In this document: in pieces, positions 17,641 to 26,045 of the stretch
Position numbering within the stretch: position 1 is the first letter of the stretch
Layout: every line of letters starts with the position of its first letter
Virus record (IMG/VR): IMGVR_UViG_3300004805_000006
Span: 8,453-72,452 of that record
Reading direction: 5' to 3' (one strand)
DNA length: 64,000 bases
Source: a virus
Position numbers and translations under genes: made by a program
The notes under the pieces: model-generated
What the model saw: only the letters and a program-made list of their open reading frames with translations
The model's database searches: none
What the model was told of the DNA's origin: nothing

Positions 17641-18498
17641 TTAATTGGAGGGTTGTTGGCAGGTAACTTTAGGTAAGTTTTTAATATACATTTGGACTAA
17701 GTTATTAAAATTTTTAGACTCTTTATATTTTAAATCGCCATAAGAATCTAATCTTATTATATTAACTTCAACATTATTAATTATATTGTATATAGCCGAC
17801 TTTAATTTTTTAAGTTCTTCTGTAGTATCATTTTCTCCTTCTATAAGTAGTTGATTTAAAATAATATCTACACCATACCACTGTTTAAATTGATTAAGTA
17901 AGTGCAGGTCACTAATTGGAGTATTAGCTCTACTAGCTGGCATAAGTAAATTTCTATTATGAAATCTATTTAATGAATAGAATAATTGTAAATTACTAAC
18001 TTTATTTTTTTGAGGATTAATTCTATAGTTAAAACAATCATCATTTAATAAAGCAAGCTGATGCGGCCATCCTGGTTTAACTTCAGGTAACATGGTTGTT
18101 ATATGTATACTGTCTATTCCTATAGCTGCACCAGCATCTGTTACTGACCAACTTATTATTTTATTTGAAATGTGTCTTAATTCAATAGGATCTATTAAAA
18201 ATGCGTCTCCCATCCCACTCCAATCAAGCCTAATATATTTTTTTCTGAGTTCAGGTTTAAGCTTTATTTCATTAGATACCGCAATTTTTATATTTTCAAA
18301 TACTTGTTTAGAGCTAAGTTCTTGATAAGGATAATTTTGTATTGTTAAATAACAATATTTACATCCTAAAGAACATCCAACTGATGATGAAATAGATACT
18401 GTAAACATACTAGTATTAGTTTCTGATGTTTTTATAATTGTTTCTGATCCATCATCATGAATATACTTACTATTATCTTCAGTCCTATAAACTTTCAT
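17641..18498 (-). CDS. RlmN/Cfr-like radical SAM protein (divergent, short C-terminus)
   Basis: ISSSVGCSLGCKYC, SGMGDA (cf. MGMGEP), LIEGENDT. Confidence 0.75.
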   Translation of the reverse strand: MKVYRTEDNSKYIHDDGSETIIKTSETNTSMFTVSISSSVGCSLGCKYCYLTIQNYPYQELSSKQVFENIKIAVSNEIKLKPELRKKYIRLDWSGMGDAFLIDPIELRHISNKIISWSVTDAGAAIGIDSIHITTMLPEVKPGWPHQLALLNDDCFNYRINPQKNKVSNLQLFYSLNRFHNRNLLMPASRANTPISDLHLLNQFKQWYGVDIILNQLLIEGENDTTEELKKLKSAIYNIINNVEVNIIRLDSYGDLKYKESKNFNNLVQMYIKNLPKVTCQQPSN

Positions 18499-18528
18499 AA
18501 TCAATCCTTTATTTAAGTGTTTACTTAC

Positions 18529-18556
18529 TATATAGTACATGTTTTCTATTTGTCAA
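18529..18556 (-). promoter_or_regulatory. sigma70-like promoter
   Basis: TTGACA-N16-TATATA. Confidence 0.7.
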
Positions 18557-18560
18557 GTAG

Positions 18561-18872
18561 TTATAATATTTGTATTCCTTCTTCATTTACTTTAATATTA
18601 TAATATTTTTGAGCACCCATACGATAATCTATTTTATTTTTACGTAATTCTTCTACATAATCTATTTTAGATTGCTTAATTATGCCGCGCCCGAAAAAAA
18701 TTCCTTCTGGGTCGTTTTGATAATCCCATATACCATATAATTCTTCTTTACCATCCTTATCAGTAATTGCTTCTAAAGAAAATCCAAGTGGATGAAAAAA
18801 TTTTCTATTCACCTCTTGTAAAAATCCTAATTTTTCAAATTCTTCTACATCAACTAATTTAATATCTTCCAT
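18561..18872 (-). CDS. conserved phage hypothetical protein (MEDIKLV...)
   Basis: AGGAGG RBS; the upstream extension in the ORF track overlaps tRNA-Gly. Confidence 0.7.
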   Translation of the reverse strand: MEDIKLVDVEEFEKLGFLQEVNRKFFHPLGFSLEAITDKDGKEELYGIWDYQNDPEGIFFGRGIIKQSKIDYVEELRKNKIDYRMGAQKYYNIKVNEEGIQIL

Positions 18873-18891
18873 TGCCTTTTCCTCCTTGTTG

Positions 18892-18964
18892 AGCGGGTAG
18901 CAGAACTTGAATCTGCACCATAGAGATTGGAAATCTCTTGTTCCACCAGTTGAACTATACCCGC
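18892..18964 (-). tRNA. tRNA-Gly (TCC)
   Basis: GCGGGTA/TACCCGC acceptor; AGAGA-TTTCCAA-TCTCT anticodon arm; GCAGA-TTCAAGT-TCTGC T arm. Confidence 0.92.
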
Positions 18965-18972
18965 ATATTGTT

Positions 18973-19359
18973 TTAAAATAATGGTAATCCACCAGTTACT
19001 TCATCTATTCTTGAAATTAACCCAGGACCAACTGCTACAGATGTGTATGTAGGAATTCCATGAAACTCAGTTTTACCTATATCTTTAATTAAAGAACATG
19101 GTAGATCTTTAGATTTTGCTTTATCATATATAGCTATTAGTTCTTCTTCTGAGTTAACATAAACACAAATTTTAGTAAATGATTCATTCAGCCACTCTCT
19201 AATTTCTGATGTAGGAGTGTAAATCCATCTAACTTCATCAGTCTTTGTAAGATAGTTAGTAATTGCTGCAGCCATAGATGCGTGTGCCACCTGTGACGCT
19301 AATTTCCCGGTACGCATCTTTAAATCTTTTCTTATTACTATAACTTGTTTTGTTTCCAT
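18973..19359 (-). CDS. pth2: peptidyl-tRNA hydrolase Pth2 (archaeal/eukaryotic type)
   Basis: KQVIVIRKDLKM..GK.ASQVAHAS, KICV, D.GKTEF, AVGP, IDEVTG.LPL. Confidence 0.92.
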   Translation of the reverse strand: METKQVIVIRKDLKMRTGKLASQVAHASMAAAITNYLTKTDEVRWIYTPTSEIREWLNESFTKICVYVNSEEELIAIYDKAKSKDLPCSLIKDIGKTEFHGIPTYTSVAVGPGLISRIDEVTGGLPLF

Positions 19360-19692
19360 TTAAATTTCCTCTGATAGTAACACACTACTAAGGTTTTCAA
19401 ATTTATCATTGAATTCAGTTTCTTCTCTTACAAATACTTTTTTTCTTCGCATATACATTGTCATAACTTGACCTTCAAATCCATTAGTAGCATTTACTAT
19501 ACCTTTACTAACTAGTTCATATACATTACCTGTTTTCTTATGAATGAAATTATTTACCCAACAATCTATACCATATTTTTTAAGGGTCTCTATTTCTACT
19601 TCATTAGCCAGTTGTTTCAATGCAGTGTATAATGCTGAACTATTTGGCAGTCCTATTTGTTCCATCAATTCCCTTAATCGCTCGTCTCTCAT
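19360..19692 (-). CDS. hypothetical protein with DUF1653-like C-terminus
   Basis: HKKTGNVY....NATN....Y....FVRE..EF..KF. Confidence 0.6.
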   Translation of the reverse strand: MRDERLRELMEQIGLPNSSALYTALKQLANEVEIETLKKYGIDCWVNNFIHKKTGNVYELVSKGIVNATNGFEGQVMTMYMRRKKVFVREETEFNDKFENLSSVLLSEEI

Positions 19693-19721
19693 ATCTTTTT
19701 TCCTTAGTATTAAAATTAATG

Positions 19722-19814
19722 TGGCTCCAGAGAGAGGGGACGATCCTCCATACCGTTCGAGACGGGTTATACTAGATTAACAGTCTAGCCACTTACCAAT
19801 TAGTGTACCCTGGA
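19722..19814 (-). tRNA. tRNA-Asn (GTT) with unusually long variable arm, CCA encoded
   Basis: TCCAGGG/CTCTGGA acceptor, G73, CCA; CTAGA-CTGTTAA-TCTAG anticodon arm. Confidence 0.85.
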
Positions 19815-19821
19815 ATATTGT

Positions 19822-20181
19822 TTAAAAGAAATAAATAGCTGGTAATTTTTCTAACTTAGTTCTAGCTTCCTCTAATGCTTCTATAAATGTTTTTAACCCA
19901 TCTTCACGAAGTATGAATTCACTTTCTATTTTAATACTTCCCGTAAATAAAATTTTAAAGGCACACTTTATTCTATATAAAAAATCCATAATACTATTAT
20001 GAGTATGATTATATGAAGACCAAGATAAATTTTTATAAAAATTAATAAAAATCATTTGAAGTTCAGTATCTTTTTCAATATCTATTGTCATGTCGCAATC
20101 AACACTTCCACATTCACACATTGCTCTATACATGACTGAATTTGTATTTTCGCATACTTTCATTACTTTATTGGATATCAT
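19822..20181 (-). CDS. hypothetical protein
   Basis: GGAG RBS; CECG motif. Confidence 0.6.
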   Translation of the reverse strand: MISNKVMKVCENTNSVMYRAMCECGSVDCDMTIDIEKDTELQMIFINFYKNLSWSSYNHTHNSIMDFLYRIKCAFKILFTGSIKIESEFILREDGLKTFIEALEEARTKLEKLPAIYFF

Positions 20182-20206
20182 TTAATCTCCCAATTAAAAA
20201 TTTTTG

Positions 20207-20290
20207 CGGAAGGCAAAGGACTCGAACCTTTAGAGCTGTTACACTCACTTGTTTAGCAAACAAGCTTCTTACCTATTAGAATTAGCTTCC
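20207..20290 (-). tRNA. tRNA-Ser (GCT)
   Basis: CTTGT-TTGCTAA-ACAAG anticodon arm, long variable arm, AAAGG-TTCGAGT-CCTTT T arm, G73. Confidence 0.88.
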
Positions 20291-20503
20291 TTATTTAAAA
20301 AAATTCATTATATATTTTAAAATATTTTCATCCAAGATAGTATATTCATCAAATATGAATATCAAAGTTAATGTAACAATAGGACCTATAATAAGCACTG
20401 CTATATTAATACCTAATAAAAATCCTTTCCATGCTATTTTTTCTTCTTCTGATAAATGTTTGTTAAAAATTCCTTTGGATATTTTTTTTAATGTTATATA
20501 CAT
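20291..20503 (-). CDS. small membrane protein
   Basis: Single hydrophobic segment. Confidence 0.5.
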   Translation of the reverse strand: MYITLKKISKGIFNKHLSEEEKIAWKGFLLGINIAVLIIGPIVTLTLIFIFDEYTILDENILKYIMNFFK

Positions 20504-20859
20504 GAGAGCCTCTTTATCTCATTTAAAAAATCACCATACCCAAATGGTTTATCAAACCAACTATCAAATCCTGCAAGATGGAAATTACTGCTATTAATAA
20601 GGTCACTATATCCAGATAATGCTATTATTTTTACTTCTTTGTCTATCTCCCTGATTTTTAAACAAAATTCTAATCCATTCATTTTAGTTAAACCTATATC
20701 GGTTATTATTAAATCGTATTTACCAGGTTCAAAAAGTTCTAACGCTTCTTCTGCAGACCCAACATCATCTAATAATTCTATTCCAGCTATATGTCTAACA
20801 ATAGAACGTAATAATATTCTACCACTTTCATCATCTTCTACAATTAGAATTTTTTTCAT
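20494..20859 (-). CDS. single-domain response regulator (CheY-like)
   Basis: ILIVEDD, DLIITDIGL..MNG, IIALSG, KP. Confidence 0.92.
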   Translation of the reverse strand: MKKILIVEDDESGRILLRSIVRHIAGIELLDDVGSAEEALELFEPGKYDLIITDIGLTKMNGLEFCLKIREIDKEVKIIALSGYSDLINSSNFHLAGFDSWFDKPFGYGDFLNEIKRLSCI

Positions 20860-20882
20860 GACTACCTCCTAATTTAATTTTA

Positions 20883-20954
20883 AGTCCGTGACATGGATCG
20901 AACCTGCATGAACCATTTTCGTAAAATGGGGCTACTCCTTTTAGCTACACGGAC
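20883..20954 (-). tRNA. tRNA-Arg (ACG)
   Basis: GTCCGTG/CACGGAC acceptor; CCATT-TTACGAA-AATGG anticodon arm; GGTTCGAT. Confidence 0.85.
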
Positions 20955-20959
20955 ATTAG

Positions 20960-21039
20960 TACCCAAGAGAAGATTTGAACTTCCATACCTATTGGCACAG
21001 TTTCTAAGACTGCTGGCTATACCGTTCGCCTACTTGGGC
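20960..21039 (-). tRNA. tRNA-Leu (TAG)
   Basis: GCCCAAG/CTTGGGT acceptor; GCAGT-CTTAGAA-ACTGT anticodon arm; variable arm. Confidence 0.88.
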
Positions 21040-21060
21040 ATTTTATATATATAATATTTT

Positions 21061-21130
21061 ATGCGGGAGAGGGAATCAAACCCCCTAAAACTGATTTATG
21101 AGACCAGTACGAATATCAATTCTTCCCGCA
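21061..21130 (-). tRNA. tRNA-Met/Ile2 (CAT), degenerate D arm and T loop
   Basis: TGCGGGA/TCCCGCA acceptor; CTGGT-CTCATAA-ATCAG anticodon arm; T loop TTTGATT. Confidence 0.65.
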
Positions 21131-21134
21131 ATAT

Positions 21135-21533
21135 CTATTCAAAATCTAAATCCATGCCAGGATTAGTAATTGATTCTTCTACTAATTTTTTAGTGAACGC
21201 AAATTCTGGTGAATCATATAATTCTTGCATATCTAAAGTTAAATAACTACTTGTTTCCTTTTTCTTATCACTTGCTCCTGGGCAACCCATCTTTTTTCCT
21301 TTACGCATAACACAACTTCTAATCTTTGCTTTAGTTGCGTCAGAAAACTTTGAACGGTTTAAAAGCCTAAGTGCTGCTGTATAATGAATACAATCAGGAA
21401 CTGGAAAACTGCGTTCAGGACCACAATAAGTACTTGATTTTAAAGCTTTTCTATCCTTAGTAGTTAAAACTTTAGCTATTTCTAAAGCCTTCTGTGCCCT
21501 CTTAATGGCTGAATTTAAACTATCTATTTCCAT
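21135..21533 (-). CDS. basic phage protein (GPERSFPVPD..H..AAL motif)
   Basis: AAGGAGG RBS; R..L..S.YCGP.RSFP.PD motif of the kind seen in phage head/protease-associated domains. Confidence 0.65.
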   Translation of the reverse strand: MEIDSLNSAIKRAQKALEIAKVLTTKDRKALKSSTYCGPERSFPVPDCIHYTAALRLLNRSKFSDATKAKIRSCVMRKGKKMGCPGASDKKKETSSYLTLDMQELYDSPEFAFTKKLVEESITNPGMDLDFE

Positions 21534-21549
21534 ATTTCCTCCTTAAATA

Positions 21550-21579
21550 AAGGTAGAGAGGATAATATCTCTCTACCTT
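21550..21579 (-). terminator. hairpin downstream of the micro-ORF array
   Basis: AAGGTAGAGAG/CTCTCTACCTT 11-bp stem. Confidence 0.55.
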
Positions 21580-21603
21580 GTAAGGTTACATTATTATTTC
21601 AAA

Positions 21604-21642
21604 TCATTTTGGTTTCGGTTTCGGTTTTGCCTTGCATCCCAT
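21604..21642 (-). CDS. micropeptide MGCKAKPKPKPK
   Basis: AAAGGAGGTGAT SD, ATG, TGA; part of an 81-bp tandem unit. Confidence 0.7.
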   Translation of the reverse strand: MGCKAKPKPKPK

Positions 21643-21684
21643 TAATCAATCACCTCCTTTTCCATTATTTAATAATATTAAAAA

Positions 21685-21723
21685 TCATTTGGGTTTTGGT
21701 TTCGGTTTTGCCTTGCATCCCAT
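21685..21723 (-). CDS. micropeptide MGCKAKPKPKPK
   Basis: AAAGGAGGTGAT SD; differs from the neighbouring copy only at synonymous Pro codons. Confidence 0.7.
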   Translation of the reverse strand: MGCKAKPKPKPK

Positions 21724-21765
21724 TAATCAATCACCTCCTTTTCCATTATTTAATAATATTAAAAA

Positions 21766-21816
21766 TCATTTGGGTTTTGGTTTTGGTTTTGGTACTGGTT
21801 TTGTAGTTCCGCCCAT
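21766..21816 (-). CDS. micropeptide MGGTTKPVPKPKPKPK
   Basis: AGGAGGTGA SD immediately after the methyltransferase stop codon. Confidence 0.7.
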   Translation of the reverse strand: MGGTTKPVPKPKPKPK

Positions 21817-21833
21817 TATAAGTCACCTCCTAA

Positions 21834-22418
21834 TTAATATTTATTAAAAATGTTTTGAAAAGCTTCATAATATGGACCAGGTGTTTGTTTATCTATCCAC
21901 CCTATCATTCTTCCCCCACGACTTAATATTCTAGAACAAGCCGTAGACATATCCGCTATTAATGGTAATGTTTCATCGTCAATTATATTATAACAGTCTA
22001 TAAAAATAAAATCATATTTTTTATTTGTTTGATAAGCATACTCAATGCCGTCAGAATGTAAAATTCTATGTTTTTCTGGAGTATATGATAAATCTAATCC
22101 TCTATCTTCTTCTTTTATCTTACCACATACCTTTATAACATCCATATTATTTTCTACTGTAGTTACATGCGTAACCTTAGGAAATGTTAATAGATACCTA
22201 GAAACTATACCTAACCCTAAACCTACGTCTAAACAATTTCCTTTTGGAAAGTCAGATATCTGACGCATATAATCTACAAGTTCGCCTTCAGCACAACATA
22301 GAGTATGACCCGTACCCACCTCAAGAAATAGTTCTCTGTTCATTTTATAAACTCTAGCTTTGCCATGTTCAGCTATCATTTCACCATCTTTAAAATAAAT
22401 AAGTCCCTTTTTAGTCAT
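21834..22418 (-). CDS. class I SAM-dependent methyltransferase (spermidine-synthase-like fold)
   Basis: LDVGLGLG, VTTVE, DG.EY, YDFIFID. Confidence 0.8.
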   Translation of the reverse strand: MTKKGLIYFKDGEMIAEHGKARVYKMNRELFLEVGTGHTLCCAEGELVDYMRQISDFPKGNCLDVGLGLGIVSRYLLTFPKVTHVTTVENNMDVIKVCGKIKEEDRGLDLSYTPEKHRILHSDGIEYAYQTNKKYDFIFIDCYNIIDDETLPLIADMSTACSRILSRGGRMIGWIDKQTPGPYYEAFQNIFNKY

Positions 22419-22436
22419 TATAACTCCTAAAAATAT

Positions 22437-22730
22437 CTATTCTACTCGTGGTTTAGTAATATCAATTGGTTTATCAAACTTTAGATCAATTGTTAAAAGT
22501 ACACCACCTTTAAGTATTGGGTCTTTGACATCACCACTCTCTAAAGTTTCAATAATATGAGCGTAATACCCAACATTAATATTAGATTTTTTAGATATTG
22601 GTATATAAATATCTAGAGCAGCATTAACTTCTGACCTAACCCAATTAGCCCAAGCCTGTATTTTTTCTTCTTCGGTTAATTCACTAATATTTTGAACTAC
22701 ATCCATTTCCTGATCAGATACTTCTACCAT
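22437..22730 (-). CDS. hypothetical protein
   Basis: AAGGAG RBS. Confidence 0.6.
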   Translation of the reverse strand: MVEVSDQEMDVVQNISELTEEEKIQAWANWVRSEVNAALDIYIPISKKSNINVGYYAHIIETLESGDVKDPILKGGVLLTIDLKFDKPIDITKPRVE

Positions 22731-23218
22731 GATTGATCTCCTTTATCTACTTGTTTACCCTGTTTAGACATTTCTTTTTCTTGGTCATAAACATCATTAA
22801 CTAATGTAGCAAGTTTAAACTTCCAATCTGGATCATCTACATTACACTGTTGTTCCATTCTAAAATCTGATAAATCATGAGGCAAAAGTTTAATTTTATC
22901 TTGCTCGTCGATAAAAATATGTCTTAATTCATGTGACATAATTCTTTTTCTATCTGCGGCATTAGCTAATTCCCAAGTTTTTTGATCAAAAACAATAATA
23001 ACATCATACCCATCTGTCGCAATATCATCCTTAGAGAAGAATTTAATTTTATCAGATGATACTTCAGCGCTTGCTAATATTACTTCACCTTGTTTAATTC
23101 TTCGTTTAGTATCAAAAATTAATTTAATTTTTAATTGCGCCAAATTAGGAAATCTTTCTTCCATTACCGATAAAAAAACTTCAACTACATCATCATCAAC
23201 ATCTGTAAATCTAATCAT
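22724..23218 (-). CDS. putative phage metallopeptidase
   Basis: HELRH (HExxH) followed by HD...F. Confidence 0.7.
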   Translation of the reverse strand: MIRFTDVDDDVVEVFLSVMEERFPNLAQLKIKLIFDTKRRIKQGEVILASAEVSSDKIKFFSKDDIATDGYDVIIVFDQKTWELANAADRKRIMSHELRHIFIDEQDKIKLLPHDLSDFRMEQQCNVDDPDWKFKLATLVNDVYDQEKEMSKQGKQVDKGDQSW

Positions 23219-23231
23219 AATCCTTCTCCTT

Positions 23232-23480
23232 TTAAACGTGATAGTTAGCATTAATATGATTTTTAAGTTCTAGTAGACTATCTACTAACCTATAACTCAT
23301 ATCAACTTGTTTTTTATTTTTTTCGTCGCTATTAGCATTTAATTGTTTTTCTATTATAATGCCACCAGAAAAAGAGTTTCCACTTTTATCGTAGCAAAGA
23401 CGAATAGATTTGCCATTTTTTAATTTTTTTATTCTAACTCTTCCACCATTATTTACACATTCTTCGAAATCCTTCCTCAT
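23232..23480 (-). CDS. hypothetical protein
   Basis: AGGAGG RBS. Confidence 0.6.
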   Translation of the reverse strand: MRKDFEECVNNGGRVRIKKLKNGKSIRLCYDKSGNSFSGGIIIEKQLNANSDEKNKKQVDMSYRLVDSLLELKNHINANYHV

Positions 23481-23539
23481 TCCAATCCTCCTAAAGTTAA
23501 TTATTAATATTTACTATTGGTTAATTCTAACTTATCTTA

Positions 23540-23567
23540 AAGATAAGCATCATTTACTAAATGTCAA
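23540..23567 (-). promoter_or_regulatory. sigma70-like promoter (variant)
   Basis: TTGACA-N16-TATCTT. Confidence 0.5.
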
Positions 23568-23910
23568 GGTTTAAATTATAAAAAATTTCAGTATTAAATG
23601 GTGCAGATATAGCATTAGGAATTAAACTTTTAATAATAGCTGAAGCTGGAATATTCCATGAGTGGATTATAGTAATAGCTGTATTATTAAAATTACGTGG
23701 ATTATTTTTTAAAAATTTTGCCACATCAATACCCTTACCATTACCTTTACCAAGATCGTTGTCTAGGAATAAGTAATCAAATTTATAACACTGCAAATAT
23801 TCTATAGCATTAATAGCATTTTCAGTTATTTTTAAATTGTATTGTCCAAAACGTTCTACAAAAAATCTTACCCTAAATACATCATCTTCAAGTACCATTA
23901 TGTGTGTCAT
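23557..23910 (-). CDS. receiver-fold protein (cyclic-phosphate-processing receiver-like)
   Basis: VLEDD..R, LFLDNDLG, G.DVA, IIHSWN. Confidence 0.75.
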   Translation of the reverse strand: MTHIMVLEDDVFRVRFFVERFGQYNLKITENAINAIEYLQCYKFDYLFLDNDLGKGNGKGIDVAKFLKNNPRNFNNTAITIIHSWNIPASAIIKSLIPNAISAPFNTEIFYNLNLDI

Positions 23911-24715
23911 GTATTTTACCTGTTATATTGGTAATATTGGTAATAGTAGAAATAAATAAATCACTTTTTTTAATTTGCACGGCTTTTAAAAACACATCTA
24001 GTACTTTACCATCTTTAGTTACAAATTGTGTTTCTATTTCTCCTACTCCAGTTTCTTTTATCTGTTTATATTTTAATTCACCCACACGTTCAAATTCATC
24101 ATCTGTTAAGTAATATAATCGCGTAGATTTATTTAATAATTCTTCTTTAGTATAACCAAGTAAATCTAAAAGATACTGATTAGTATTAATTAATATTCTT
24201 TTACCACTATTACCCTCTATAAGTACTATACCTATAGGAGTAGCATTAAATAATGCATCTAAAGTTGCTTCTCTACATGTTAGATCTTCTAAAGCTTTCT
24301 TTTCTACTGTTATATCTTTTAATACATGTATAAAACCTAAAAGTTGATTACTATGAGAATAAATAGGGGATACAGTTACATCAAACCAACCAGTTAATTT
24401 TTTTATATAAATATCTTTTACTATTCTACTTGGTTTACATACGCTATAATCATAAATACTTAGGCTTGACAAAACATCTTGTGGATAAACCTGTATTTCT
24501 TCGTAACAAATCTTGTCATAAAGTTCCTCTTTACTCTTTTTTAATCTTGTAGATAAAATCTCATTAACAAATTTTATTTCAAGTTTATTATTTATTATAT
24601 AGATACATTCTGGTATTGCATCTAAAGCGTATTCCCACATCTTTGCCTGGTCTCTAAGATACCCATTTTTAGTCAGTGCCTCAGTTAGTTCTCTAAGTTT
24701 TTTTAGTTCGTCCAT
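23888..24715 (-). CDS. tandem PAS domain protein with no output domain
   Basis: Two PAS/PAC repeats: LDAIPE.I..FVN..KDIT and FNATPIG..N...LLGY.KEEL..KDG..NIT. Confidence 0.85.
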   Translation of the reverse strand: MDELKKLRELTEALTKNGYLRDQAKMWEYALDAIPECIYIINNKLEIKFVNEILSTRLKKSKEELYDKICYEEIQVYPQDVLSSLSIYDYSVCKPSRIVKDIYIKKLTGWFDVTVSPIYSHSNQLLGFIHVLKDITVEKKALEDLTCREATLDALFNATPIGIVLIEGNSGKRILINTNQYLLDLLGYTKEELLNKSTRLYYLTDDEFERVGELKYKQIKETGVGEIETQFVTKDGKVLDVFLKAVQIKKSDLFISTITNITNITGKIHDTHNGT

Positions 24716-24744
24716 AATCTTTGATTTCCTTTTATGGGCTAGAC

Positions 24745-25209
24745 CTAGTTTTTAATCATACGGAGTATAATGCCCATAACACCGCTACCAATAAATCCAG
24801 CTATAAGACTCCAAATTCCTAGTTTAACAGTTAAAGTAACAACTGTATTACTAAGTGGAACAATAATTTCTTTTTTATACATTTTAAGTTCATCATCATT
24901 TTTTTCTGCTTTAGTTTCTATTTTTTTAATTAATTCTTTTAAATCGCCTATATCATCTTTACACTCACTTCGAAGATTGACCATTTCTACATACCTTAAT
25001 GATTCTATTTGATCGTTTAATTTTTCAACACTTATTAGAACATGTTTAAACCAAGCTTTTTTTAAATCCTCACCACCTAAATTACTTGAATAAGGGTCAT
25101 TAGCATTTGATGGAAATGTACTATTAGGTTTAGAAACAACATCAAGTAGATCTTGCATTTCTATATCTAGTGTCACAACATTTGATTTTCCTTTAGGTCT
25201 TTCAGCCAT
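24745..25209 (-). CDS. coiled-coil protein with C-terminal TM helix
   Basis: Heptad-rich centre, hydrophobic C-terminus. Confidence 0.65.
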   Translation of the reverse strand: MAERPKGKSNVVTLDIEMQDLLDVVSKPNSTFPSNANDPYSSNLGGEDLKKAWFKHVLISVEKLNDQIESLRYVEMVNLRSECKDDIGDLKELIKKIETKAEKNDDELKMYKKEIIVPLSNTVVTLTVKLGIWSLIAGFIGSGVMGIILRMIKN

Positions 25210-25224
25210 TTGACACCTAATCCC

Positions 25225-25416
25225 TTATATATATTTTAAATCACTTCCACATAATGGACAAAACTTTATAGGTATACCATATTTATGAACTTGAGTAAAT
25301 CCTGGTTCTTCTGTTAATTCTATCCAGTGTAGGATCCAGCCATATGCTGGATCCAACTGAAAAATATTTGGATTACTACATTTTTTTAAAGTTTCCCAAT
25401 CCTCACAATTACACAT
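25225..25416 (-). CDS. small Zn-binding protein
   Basis: CNC..IKFCPLCG. Confidence 0.6.
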   Translation of the reverse strand: MCNCEDWETLKKCSNPNIFQLDPAYGWILHWIELTEEPGFTQVHKYGIPIKFCPLCGSDLKYI

Positions 25417-25431
25417 ATATTTCCTATGTAA

Positions 25432-25971
25432 CTATTTAAGTATTCCACCAGAATATGGTGTTTCGAAATCATACTTACCACCAAGCGATCTCCAACCTTC
25501 AGTAGGCCAATTCTTGAAAGACTGGTTAAGAGCTACAATACTCTCTGCAGACCTATCTTTAGTATCCATAACATCAAATTTTGGAGGATCAATTTGAGCA
25601 CCTTCATTATTATTTGACATTGTCATTCTAATGAACTGATCATCTCTTACATATTTAATTGAATCTCCCCAAATATGTGGATTATGATTTACATTCATAC
25701 TACGAGAAGCTACATTACTACCAATTCCAGTATCCTCAGTAAGTACATTCCAGTCTTCCGACTCACCTTTAGCCTTAAAAGCCATAGTATTGGTTCTTGT
25801 ATAATCACTAGTTAATCTAGCACCTGTATTCATAGACCCAAAATTAGACATTTTCATATCAAAAGTTCGTCTAATAGCTACGTCTACTCCTGCCCGTGCC
25901 CCATCTAGATCTGGTTCTCTAACACCAGTCTGTGGGATCTGATAAAAATCAAAATAAAATTGCTCTGCCAT
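25432..25971 (-). CDS. hypothetical protein
   Basis: AGGAGG RBS, 179 aa. Confidence 0.7.
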   Translation of the reverse strand: MAEQFYFDFYQIPQTGVREPDLDGARAGVDVAIRRTFDMKMSNFGSMNTGARLTSDYTRTNTMAFKAKGESEDWNVLTEDTGIGSNVASRSMNVNHNPHIWGDSIKYVRDDQFIRMTMSNNNEGAQIDPPKFDVMDTKDRSAESIVALNQSFKNWPTEGWRSLGGKYDFETPYSGGILK

Positions 25972-26045
25972 TTTTAATTCCTCCTGTTTATGGGGTGTAA
26001 TTATAACCCTCTATTATTCTATATAGTACAAAAATACAAATATGT

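Noticed and set aside
18873-18992. N-terminal extension of ORF 18561-18992
   Set aside because: Runs through tRNA-Gly; a strong RBS supports the start at 18872
21596-21830. 81-bp tandem repeat as a CRISPR array, and the + strand ORFs 21609-21806 and 21632-21847
   Set aside because: No unique spacers and no cas genes; better explained by - strand SD-led micro-ORFs
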